Positions 38,963 to 50,910 of a DNA stretch of 64,000 nucleotides are shown one piece after another (the stretch's first letter is position 1; every line of letters starts with the position of its first letter). The stretch is from Macrostomum lignano. Taxonomy: Eukaryota. The translations under genes and the position numbers were made by a program. The DNA is taken from positions 124,001-188,000 of the forward strand of contig NIVC01001503.1 in assembly GCA_002269645.1 (NCBI GenBank), in the 5' to 3' direction. The notes under the pieces were generated by a model. It searched no databases. It saw nothing but the letters and a program-made list of their open reading frames with translations, and was not told the DNA's origin.

Positions 38963-39677
38963 CATTCTCTATCGATCCATGACTTACGATGCATTATTTC
39001 GAAACCTTCAGCGCTCCCATCGCGCCCATCTTGCCCACCCACCGGCGCAACCTGACTTACGGCGACCCGCACCAGTTCACGCTTCAGAGGCTTCGCCACC
39101 AAACCCGACAGGGAAGGGTGGTAATTTTTCATATGCCGGAGAGCTCACTGCACAGCGTAAACTGAGGCTTTCAACAAACCGAGCTCCCACAGAATTTGCC
39201 GCCTTGGAGAATCTCTTCATCATATTTCATTATGTATCGCCTTCCAGCCTCCCCGCGGTGGAAACACCTGCCCGCTTCATCCCAAATTCAAACAGGCCTA
39301 GCGCCCGCCCACTCAACGGCGCACGGGCTTGGTGTGTGTTTGTGCGCGGGGATTTCTGCCAGGCCTTGATGGGATTCGCCGCCCCGGGGCTGCTGCGGTT
39401 GGGATGGCCGATCGGAGAAGAACACCCCCCCCCCCCCTACCAGCCGGCTCGGTGGGGGAGGCACCGGTGGCCGCCTCGTGCCGTGTTTGAGTCGGCAGGC
39501 AGCCGGCCATTGGCCAACCGGCAGCTGAGACGGCCAACCAACTGCCGCACGGCCAGCTTCCAGAGCCTGCATCTCGCCGGCGCATCCTCCTGGCCTCACT
39601 AATAAAAGCCCCGGACTCCAGCTGGCCGGCCGGCTTCGCTCGTCCTCCGTCCGAAAGCAGACCAGAAACAGTGCAGC

Positions 39678-39836
39678 ATGCCGACAACCTGTGGCTTCCC
39701 CAACTGCAAGTTCCGGTCGCGCTACCGCGGCTCGGACGACAATCGGCATTTTTATCGGGTGCCGAAGAAGCCGGCGGTGCTGCGGGAGCGCTGGCTGGAG
39801 GCCATCGGGCGCACTGAGCAGACCATAGTGAGCCAG
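39678..39836 (+). CDS. CtBP: THAP-CtBP exon 1 (THAP domain N-terminal part, aa 1-53)
   Basis: MPTTCGFPNCKFRSRYRG...RWLEAIGR; C5, C10, P and W of the C2CH THAP motif; donor CAG|GTAAGG, phase 0. Confidence 0.9.
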
Positions 39837-40317
39837 GTAAGGCCAAGCTCTTCAGAGGGCCAACAGTCTGCCACCTGTGACACCTGTAGCTTTTTTTATC
39901 TAGGCAAGCAGAAAGCACATTTCAAACACTTTTCGCTTGTTCTGTCCTGTGTCAATAATCCGCGCGCCATTTTAGGAGGGGAAAGCGGTGATCGCCGCCC
40001 GGCCAGGTAAGTGGTGCAAGCCGCCGCCGCCGCTGCATTTCCTCTCATCGATGCCTTATGAGTCTAGCAGTTTGTTTATTGCTATTTCCTATTTGCTCTT
40101 TATCTAAGAAATTTCCTCCAAATTCGTTTAACTCATTTTGCTTCGTTTTTTATTGACAGTGTAGACTTTTAACTCTACTTTGACTTTAACGCTAAATATG
40201 CTACAAGTGTCTTTGAATGTTTAGTTAAACGAATATGTCTTCAATATTTATCGGACTTTTATTAATCGCATTTGTACGTTTTAAATCTTTCTAAAACATA
40301 CGTTTCTACATGCGCCT

Positions 40318-40888
40318 AGAGAATTAGGGCAGGATCCAACTGAATTAGGACAGGATCCAACTGAATTAGGACAGGATCCAACTGAATTAGGACAGGATCC
40401 AGCTTGATTAGGACAGGATCCAAATGGATTAGGACAGGATCCAAATGGATTAGGACAGGATCCAACTTGATTAGGACAGGATCCAACTTGATTAGGACAG
40501 GATCCAGCTTGATTAGGACAGGATCCAACTTGATTAGGACAGGATCCAAATGGATTAGGACAGGATCCAAATGGATTAGGACAGGATCCAAATGGATTAG
40601 GACAGGATCCAGCTTGATTAGGACAGGATCCAAATGGATTAGGACAGGATCCAAATGGATCAGGACAGGATCCAGCTGAATTAGGACAGGATCCAACTGA
40701 ATTAGGACAGGATCCAACTGAATTAGAACAGGATCCAAATGGATTAGGACAGGATTCAACTGAATTAGGACAGGATCCAACTGAATTAGGACAGGATCCA
40801 GCTGAATTAGGATCGGATTAGGACAGGATCCAACTGAAGTAGGACAGGATCGAAATGGATTAGGACAGGATCCAACTGAATTAGAACT
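40318..40888. repeat. 21-bp minisatellite AACTGAATTAGGACAGGATCC (CtBP intron 1)
   Basis: Read directly. Confidence 0.95.
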
Positions 40889-42622
40889 AGCTAAATTCGG
40901 TTGTATCCAGCCTGTTCAGTCAGTTGTTGCCAACAAAAACTGGGTCCCCAATCTGCAGTCCATACTCTGTCGCTAATGAGCAGCACCACTACAGCTATCA
41001 CCTTATTTCCCCTTAGGGCAGGATAATCGCTTGACTCAACTCTCTTTATGCATGCGAATACGGGGCTGGCTTGGCGGCCCCGCAGAAGGACTGATGCGTA
41101 AGCCGCTGCTGTGGAAGGATGGTAGTCCGGACACCTGTTGAGCGAGGCGGGTACAGGCGTGCATGAGCACAGACACCTGGAGCACGCTGGGGATAACGGC
41201 TGAGAGAACACGCGTATACACACCGAAAGGACAATCAGAGGAGGTTATAATGAGAAGGCAGCGGAGTTGGTCCAATTTGCATGGCGACTTTGAGAAGATA
41301 AGACTGGAGTAACAACTCGTTACTGGGCCAGTAGGAGAGGCTCGATGGGAGGGGGATGGGTAGCTTGCAGAAAAAAAACTTTTCCATCTCAAATGGGCTC
41401 CTTGTGTGCTTTTTTGAGTCTCTCTCTTCTATTTGTTTGCTGTGCCTAGCGAGTGTGTGTGTGTGTGTTTTTTCAGTTTGTGAATGGCTTGTGGAGAGCT
41501 CGTGAAGAACCGTGAAGCATGCTGGACAATTAAAAATATTCTCTTTTTTTCCTCTCCGGGGCCTGAGCATTATTGTAGCTCAACCTGCAGCTGCTTATCA
41601 TCATCCTTATCCCATCCGTGCAGCCGAATGTCAGGTGGCCCAGCAGTCGCGGCCAGCTCCCGGATAATGGGATACATGTAGGCCAGGGGCGGGGATACGC
41701 GAGATGACAGTGAGGGCCCATTCCCAATCTGCCTCCTCGTCTCCCGGGTCGCGCACAAAAGCCAGGGGGGGGAGAGGACGGATAGCGAGGAGAAACATTA
41801 GCCTCTTTGAATCGCTACTTTTTATTTTGTTGTACCGGCCGGGCCCCCCGTCCATTACGCAAGGTAAGGGAGATAGCGGGGAGGCTGAGATGGAGAGATG
41901 GCAGCGCAGCCTAAGGAGCTTAGGCAGGATGAATGCGGATCTCTCTTCACGGCAGCTTCCCGCCTTTCTTCCAGCCTCTCGCTCGGGGTTCCGCCCCATC
42001 TCCCACCCAAACACTTAACTATTCGAGTCTGCCAGGCGGGCTGGAGCGATGCCAGGGGTGGGGCCTTATCCCCGTATCTGGTCCGCGCCCCATTCCCCCA
42101 GTGGCCGTGTATCAAGGATCAATGCCGGAGCTGCCTCCGTGCCCCCCCCCCAACCCTACCGTCCGAGTCCAATTGCAGGTAAAAGAGGATGGTGAATATT
42201 TGCCAGGTAAGGCGTATCCGTTTACAAAGACTGAGGAGGCATGGAGACCCCGGCTCGGATTGGGAACATTCTCAATGCCCCCCTCTTTGCCTCGACTCGT
42301 TCTCAACCTTCCTTTGACAGAGAGGGTTTTGGAGCAGAGAATCCCGGCTCGAGAGACGATTGCCTGCTGATCGTGGCTGCTGCCATATCTTTTGCCTCGA
42401 TCATCTCTCAGCTTTTTTGTGCGTGTTGGCCGTCTCCTCCCCTCTCCTCCCCCTGACTTCAATAGGTTCAATTTTAGTGACTGAGTTTTGGAGACTGACT
42501 CCCCCAGGCTTTGGATTGCTACATCAGCTGGTTCGTTTGGTAGAGTCGGGGATTAGCTTGAATTTATGAGCAGAATTCAAATTCACAATAAATTATTCTG
42601 ACGTTGTAAAATACATTCTCAG

Positions 42623-42866
42623 CTCCGCGTGTGCAGCGGCCATTTTCACGACGGCGAGAAAAAAGAAGGCGACGTGCCAGTAGCCGATCCGAGCGTCGAC
42701 TCGCCAATCAAAGTAGAACTGCCGCCGCGCAGCAACAAGGCCAGCGCCGAGCGCCGGGCCAAGCGGGCCAAGTTGGCCATTGAAAAGCAGCGCGGCAGTG
42801 CCGAGAGTCCGCAGAGCTCCAACAGCTCCTCAGCCTGCGTGCGCGAGCTGCTCAACTCCAGCCCGA
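42623..42866 (+). CDS. CtBP: THAP-CtBP exon 2 (rest of THAP, linker)
   Basis: TTCTCAG|LRVCSGHFHDGEKKEGDVPV supplies C57, H60 and F; donor A|GTGAGT, phase 1. Confidence 0.9.
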
Positions 42867-43089
42867 GTGAGTTTGCGTATAATGGATATAAAACACTGGT
42901 AGCCTGGTTAAGGCATTCACCCCGCTCTATGCAGTATAAAAAATACCAAACCTCAAAGATACCAACCCACTCCAGACAGTAATAAAACTTAAGCACTGCT
43001 AACTGCCTGAAGTGAGGTGGGTGCCTTTAGAACTTAGCGTTTGATTTTTGCTATTGGATTAAGTCACCCACCCCACTCTACACTATCAG

Positions 43090-43430
43090 AACACAAACGC
43101 CCCTAACTGGCTGAGGCACCCACCCCACTCCACGCAGTCATAAAACACAAACACCCCTAACTGGCTGAGGCACCCACCCCACTCCACACAGTCATAAAAT
43201 ACAAACACCCCTAACTGGCTGAGGCACCCACCCCACTCCACGCAGTCATAAAACACAAACACCCCTAACTGGCTGAGGCACCCACCCCACTCCACCCAGT
43301 CATAAAACACAAACACCCCTAACTGGCTGAGGCACCCACCCCACTCCACGCAGTCATAAAACACAAACACCCCTAACTGGCTGAGGCACCCACCCCACTT
43401 CACGCAGTCATAAAATGCAAACACCCCTAA
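43090..43430. repeat. 54-bp minisatellite (CtBP intron 2)
   Basis: Unit CACAAACACCCCTAACTGGCTGAGGCACCCACCCCACTCCACGCAGTCATAAAA, about 6 copies. Confidence 0.95.
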
Positions 43431-43641
43431 CGGGTTAAGATCTTCAGAGTCATATGACACAGGGACCCAAAATTTGTTAGAGCATCTACCTTTGTCATGC
43501 AGCCCAAAAATGCAAAGAACCAACTTGATTGGAATTCCAACCCATTTATCACAATCGCACATCTCTATTCCTGAATGAGTCAAACGCAGAACAAGGGCAA
43601 AGAAGACAAAAGACAAACTTATCACCAGAACCGACTCCTAA

Positions 43642-44337
<696 letters not shown>

Positions 44338-44685
44338 TAGCCCTTCGGATGGGGCAGCCAGATGCCCGAGCTGATGCCAGCCCGCGGCGCACTGAGGGCC
44401 GTATTAGGGGCAGGTTGAATAGCCCCTGCCGACATGCGGGCGGCTCACCAACCATTCTTTGCCGAACCCCGGCTGCTCTGGTCGGAGCAGGAGGAGGAGG
44501 TGGAGGAAGTGCCTACAAATCTTATCTCCCACCGGGAGCAAGCCGCAGTGCAGGCCTAAGGATGGAGAGAGGGGCCACTCTCTGCCGAGAGTCGCAGCTG
44601 CATCCGGTCGCCAGGCCGTGGCAGCGCAGCTTCCAGGGGGCTTTTCTGCCTCTCTACTCCCACTATGCTCTCCGCCGACTTTCAG

Positions 44686-44830
44686 GTGCTCAACGAGGCC
44701 GTGGCCGCTCTAATGTGGTCGTCAATTCACCTGGGCCGAGAGGAGCTAGCCCAGTTCAGGCAGCTCAAACTGCTTGTGCAGATTGGTCCCGGAAGCGAGA
44801 ATATTGATTTGGCGGCTGCCCGCAGTCTCG
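44686..44830 (+). CDS. CtBP: THAP-CtBP exon 4
   Basis: TTTCAG|VLNEAVAALMWSSIHLGREELAQFRQLKLLVQIGPGSENIDLAAARSL g|GTGAGT; missed by the ORF track. Confidence 0.92.
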
Positions 44831-45169
44831 GTGAGTTCCGGTGAATGCTTTAAAGAGGGCCCCGGGCTTCTTGGCTGCTGCTCACCGCCAGCCGCCCACC
44901 AGCGTCCTCTTGGGCTGCGCCGCCTTCCTGGATGGGAGGGCCAGTCAGTCGGGGCAAACTTCGCTAGCTACTCATCGTTCTACTAATAGAAGCCGTTCTG
45001 GACTAAAAAACGCGGAGAAACCGCTTTAGCATGTCCGGGGCGAGGACGGGAGGCAACCTCTTTTGCTGATGGCTCCGCCGGACTCTTGACTCGACTCAAA
45101 AACGGGGGGATGAGGGCGGGGTTGGCCACTGGTTTTTCTTTAACTTAGTTACCCCAAGTCATTCTACCC

Positions 45170-45432
45170 TCCGGTCATTCCCTTGATAGAGCGGCGCTAC
45201 CCTCCAGTCATTCCCTTGATAGAGCGGCGCTACCCTCCAGTCATTCCCTTGATAGAGCGGCGCTACCCTCCAGTCATTCCCTTGATAGAGCGGCGCTACC
45301 CTCCAGTCATTCCCTTGATAGAGCGGCGCTACCCTCCAGTCATTCTCTTGATAGAGCGGCGCTACCCTCCGCTCATTCTCTTGATAGAGCGGCGCCACCC
45401 TCCGGTCATTCCCTTGATAGAGCGGTGCTACC
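45170..45432. repeat. 33-bp minisatellite CATTCCCTTGATAGAGCGGCGCTACCCTCCAGT (intron 4)
   Basis: Read directly. Confidence 0.95.
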
Positions 45433-46074
45433 CTCTTTCTTTAGATGAAGCTTCGCTACCCTTCGATCCTTCGATGAGCCAAGGTGGAGCCTCTCCTACT
45501 GAGAATTCCTGTCCCCATCATTGCTTTGGCTATCCTAAAAACGAACCAAAGATCTGGTCCCGGTTTTGACCGCATATTTCATTTCCTCCGAGCTACTCCT
45601 GCCAGTTCCCTTGGCTCCCATCTTTTTTTGTATCCCTGCAGCCAGCAGAAGTCTCTGCCCCACCCACCCCCCACCGAGTTGCCGAGGGAGTGGCAGGCTA
45701 GAGGCAAGGCCTCTGTGACACCGGTAGTGAGCCGCTAGCATCTCTCTATCCGACTCTGCAACCCCGGCCACCCCTCCAGCTTCTTTTCTTGGGTCTTTCT
45801 TTTCTCGTCATTCGTCTCATCTGTTTCTGGTGCGTCTGCAGCTGCAACACACACCGGCACCTGACTAATTAGGCCAAAGGTGGCTTGGTGGAAGGCGAAG
45901 CCCCCGGGGGCGGCTGGGGAACTCGCGGGCTCGAGAAAGCTTTTGGGAGAAGAGCGGAGAGGAAGCGAAAAAAGGAGCCGAGCTGAGGGGATTTTGGAGG
46001 ATTTGTAGGAAAAGAAAAGTAACCAAATACAGTTCCAGCCATCTCTCCACCGACTCAGGTGTATGCTCATGGAC

Positions 46075-47667
46075 CGCTGCTCACTCTTGCCTGGGCTGCC
46101 CGCCACTCTCCCAGGCCGCTCCTCACTCTTACCTGGGCTGCCCGCCACTCTCCCAGGCCGCTCCTCACTCTACCTGGGCTGCCCGCCACTCTCCCAGGCC
46201 GCTCCTCACTCTTACCTGGGCTGCCCGCCACTCTCCCAGGCCGCTCCTCACTCTACCTGGGCTGCCCGCCACTCTCCCAGGCCGCTCCTCACTCTTACCT
46301 GGGCTGCCCGCAACTCTCCCAGGCCGCTCCTCACTCTTACCTGGGCTGCCCGCCACTCTCCCAGGCCGCTCCTCACTCTACCTGGGCTGCCCGCCACTCT
46401 CTCAGGCCGCTCCTCACTCTTACCTGGGCTGCCCGCCACTCTCCCAGGCCGCTCCTCACTCTTACCTGGGCTGCCCGCCACTCTCCCAGGCCGCTCCTCA
46501 CTCTTACCTGGGCTGCCCGCCACTCTCCCAGGCCGCTCCTCACTCTTACCTGGGCTGCCCGCCACTCTCCCAGGCCGCTCCTCACTCTTACCTGGGCTGC
46601 CCGCCACTCTCCCAGGCCGCTCCTCACTCTACCTGGGCTGCCCGCAACTCTCCCAGGCCGCTCCTCACTCTTACCTGGGCTGCCCGCAACTCTCCCAGGC
46701 CGCTCCTCACTCTTACCTGGGCTGCCCGCAACTCTCCCAGGCCGCTCCTCACTCTTACCTGGGCTGCCCGCCACTCTCTCAGGCCGCTCCTCACTCTTAC
46801 CTGGGCTGCCCGCCACTCTCCCAGGCCGCTCCTCACTCTTACCTGGGCTGCCCGCCACTCTCCCAGGCCGCTCCTCACTCTTACCTGGGCTGCCCGCAAC
46901 TCTCCCAGGCCGCTCCTCACTCTTACCTGGGCTGCCCGCCACTCTCCCAGGCCGCTCCTCACTCTACCTGGGCTGCCCGCAACTCTCCCAGGCCGCTCCT
47001 CACTCTTACCTGGGCTGCCCGCCACTCTCCCAGGCCGCTCCTCACTCTTACCTGGGCTGCCCGCCACTCTCCCAGGCCGCTCCTCACTCTACCTGGGCTG
47101 CCCGCAACTCTCCCAGGCCGCTCCTCACTCTACCTGGGCTGCCCGCCACTCTCTCAGGCCGCTCCTCACTCTACCTGGGCTGCCCGCCACTCTCCCAGGC
47201 CGCTCCTCACTCTACCTGGGCTGCCCGCCACTCTCTCAGGCCGCTCCTCACTCTACCTGGGCTGCCCGCCACTCTCTCAGGCCGCTCCTCACTCTACCTG
47301 GGCTGCCCGCAACTCTCCCAGGCCGCTCCTCACTCTACCTGGGCTGCCCGCCACTCTCTCAGGCCGCTCCTCACTCTTACCTGGGCTGCCCGCCACTCTC
47401 TCAGGCCGCTCCTCACTCTTACCTGGGCTGCCCGCCACTCTCCCAGGCCGCTCCTCACTCTTACCTGGGCTGCCCGCCACTCTCCCAGGCCGCTCCTCAC
47501 TCTACCTGGGCTGCCCGCAACTCTCCCAGGCCGCTCCTCACTCTACCTGGGCTGCCCGCAACTCTCCCAGGCCGCTCCTCACTCTACCTGGGCTGCCCGC
47601 AACTCTCCCAGGCCGCTCCTCACTCTACTTGGGCTGCCCGCAACTCTCCCAGGCCGCTCCTCACTCT
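46075..47667. repeat. 42/41-bp minisatellite CTCACTCTTACCTGGGCTGCCCGCCACTCTCCCAGGCCGCTC (intron 4)
   Basis: Read directly. Confidence 0.97.
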
Positions 47668-48358
47668 TGATACTTTTTTGTCCTGTGCCTCGGCGAGCTC
47701 ACATGGTTACCTGAGGATGTATAGATGGGAATATGAAGATGTGAATAGGCGAGAGGCGGGCAGTCGGATTGGGGTCGGGAGCTGCTTAGCAGAAGCAGAA
47801 GAGTCGCCGCTGGTGGGTCGCGCAGTGCAGATTTTTACGGCTGGCCGAGCCGAGATTCGGGGGGCTGCTTTGAGTCGGCGAGGTTTTGGTTTACAGGCCG
47901 GCAGTCCTCCAATCTCCCATCTCGAGCTGGCGGTGAGGGATATCGCATTAGCTCGGCCACTCGCCTCTCCTCACCCCCCTGGCCCGTCATCACCCTTCCA
48001 GCATCCCGCCGGACCCACTCCAGGTGGGCTGCGGTTTCGATTGACCGAGAGGAGAAAGCAGATTATCCTCACTGGACGGCCTTCCATCGTCTCTGAGCCA
48101 CTCCTTGCTTGGCCCGCCTCGCACTCTGCCCCGCTGCCCCAGCCTTCCAATATTCCACTTGAGGACCAGTGTGTGTGTGCGTGTGTGTGTGTGGCCGCGC
48201 CTGTCCCAGCTGATGGCTCTCGGATTGCCCTGTCGGCATGCCAAAAAGAGGAGGAGGAGCAGGAGGGCGCGGGGAAGAAGGGAGCGAACGGTGTGAATCA
48301 GAGCCTCAGACAGCCACCCCGGGTGCTTCTGGAAGCGGAGCTTTCACACCTGGCAGAG

Positions 48359-48390
<32 letters not shown>

Positions 48391-48703
48391 TGGACCTCCC
48401 GCTGCTCTGTCTAATCCTTTCGCAGTCTCAAGTCCGGTCCAGTGGGCAGCGATCTGCCCCCTCACCTCTGCTACCCCCCCCCCAGGTCTCGAGACTACTC
48501 AGCAGGAGTCTGGATTATTCGATTTGGCAGAAAATGAATATATTAACAGTAGGAATTTTACTGCCATTTTTTCAATAGTTTTTACACCGTTGAATATGAT
48601 TGGTAATTCAAAACTACAATAAATTGGATTAAGTAGAAGTTTTTTTGATAAACAAAAGATTCCAAGCTTTCCGATGGACCACTTAATTATTGTTGTTCTG
48701 ACA

Positions 48704-49223
48704 GACCTTCGGGACCTTCGGGACCTTCGGGACCTTCGGGACCTTCGGGACCTTCGGGACCTTCGGGACCTTCGGGACCTTCGGGACCTTCGGGACCTTC
48801 GGGACCTTCGGGACCTTCGGGACCTTCGGGACCTTCGGGACCTTCGGGACCTTCGGGACCTTCGGGACCTTCGGGACCTTCGGGACCTTCGGGACCTTCG
48901 GGACCTTCGGGACCTTCGGGACCTTCGGGACCTTCGGGACCTTCGGGACCTTCGGGACCTTCGGGACCTTCGGGACCTTCGGGACCTTCGGGACCTTCGG
49001 GACCTTCGGGACCTTCGGGACCTTCGGGACCTTCGGGACCTTCGGGACCTTCGGGACCTTCGGGACCTTCGGGACCTTCGGGACCTTCGGGACCTTCGGG
49101 ACCTTCGGGACCTTCGGGACCTTCGGGACCTTCGGGACCTTCGGGACCTTCGGGACCTTCGGGACCTTCGGGACCTTCGATACCATTGGGACCCTCGGGA
49201 CCTTCGGGACCTTCGGGACCTTC
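48704..49223. repeat. 9-bp tandem array GACCTTCGG, about 57 copies (intron 4)
   Basis: Read directly; ends about 35 nt before the exon 5 acceptor. Confidence 0.98.
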
Positions 49224-49258
49224 ACGACACTAACAGCAATAGCAATAACCGATTCCAG

Positions 49259-49468
49259 GCATCGCGGTCTCCTGCATCTCGGGCGCTTGCGTTGAGGAGA
49301 CGGCGGACTCCACCATCTGCCTCATCCTGAACCTGTACCGCAAGACCCTCTTCCTGGCTAACAACTACGCCAAGGACAGCAACGGGGCCGTCAGCATCGA
49401 CCGCATGGCCGAGCTGGCCTCGGGCGCCACCAGGATTCGAGGCCAGACTCTCGGCCTGGTCGGCTTCG
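49259..49468 (+). CDS. CtBP: THAP-CtBP exon 5
   Basis: TTCCAG|(G)IAVSCISGACVEETADSTICLILNLYRK...ASGATRIRGQTLGLVGF g|GTAAGG. Confidence 0.93.
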
Positions 49469-49584
49469 GTAAGGTTTCGGGGGTTGGGGTCGGCTCAGGG
49501 CTTAGCAGCTCTACCAGCTTGAGTCTTGCTCATACACCTGAACCTCAGACATCTTTATCAGTCAGAACACTATCAGCTGGAACC

Positions 49585-50910
49585 ATGATCCCATCATGAT
49601 GAACCCTGATGCCATCATGATGAACCCTGATGCCATCATGATGAACCCTGATACCATCATGATGAACCCTGATCCCATCATTATGAACCCGGATCCCATT
49701 CTTCTGAACCCTGATCTCATAAATTTTTATCCCTGATCTCATTAGTTTTACCTGTGATCCCACAATAATCTAGGATCACAAATCCCAAATTGTATTATTT
49801 AACCGTGTATCTGCTGGGCAACCAAGAGCTTGGCATTGTTCAGCTTTATACTCAAGCAGTTACACAAGAGAGAATTCACAGGACTCCCTGGTCCGTGACA
49901 CCGCGGCAGCTTTGGGCCTACAGGGACATCCCTTCACACACACTCACTCTATCTCTCTGTTCTGCAGCTTCCAAGCCGCCTCATCGCCGCTGCCTTGGCC
50001 TCTCAGCTCCCAAGCTTGGCTTGGGGGAGGTTAATCAGATTGAGCATGCACGATGAGTCCCCGAGGGGTCAGGTGGACTCTCCCGGCCCGTCTCGGAGCT
50101 GGCGGCTGGGAGGGGGATGGGTGGTGGCGGCGGCGGCGGCGGCGGCTGACCCGGTCGGTGGTCAAGAGCTGTGGCGGCGGCCCGCGGAAATAGGCAATTT
50201 ATTTCCTAATTAGAGCGGAACCTGCCGGCACTTCTCTAGCGATGAGCCTCGCCTCCTCTCTGACCCCCCCACTGCTCACACAAGCCCCCTACCGCTGTTT
50301 CCCACCAGCCGTGCTGTCTTGAAGTAGCAAAAATAACTCCGCTATTTAAGGTGAACAATCGTTAATGCGGGGTTTATTACCCCGTCCGGAGGGGCATTGG
50401 GATCTTTGGTCCATGAGACTCTATAGTGGTGTGGACTCAAAACTAACTCAAGCGTCCTGTAGTAACCAAAATTATTTAGTACAGGATCCTATCAGTTCAC
50501 GGGGCAACTGAACCCTGGTATAATTTATTTCATTCCCAATTACATTCTTTTCATCATCGATCCCAATATTTTGTAGCCTGATTCAATCATTCTGAACCTT
50601 GATCCCGTCATTTTGGACTTTGATCCCATCATTTATTACTCTGATCTCATTATTTTACTCAGATACAAACATTTTTACCCCCGATCCTGTCATTTTTTGC
50701 TCTGATCCCATCATTTTTATCCCTGATCCCATCATTTTTACCCCCAATTCCGTCATTTTTTGCTCTGATCCATCATTTTGATCCCTGATCACATCATTTT
50801 GATCCCTGATCACATCATTTTGATCCCTGATCACATCATTTTGATCCCTGATCCCATCATTTTAATCCCTGATCCCATCATTTTTTACTCTGATCCCATC
50901 ATTCTGAAAC
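49585..50910. repeat. Two related 21-bp CTGATCCCATCAT... arrays (49585-49740 and 50570-50910) flanking a unique GC-rich block
   Basis: Read directly. Confidence 0.85.

Noticed and set aside
48674-49330. (LRD)n ORF or an exon starting at ACAG|48705
   Set aside because: 9-bp repeat artefact; frame differs from exon 5 and ends in a stop.
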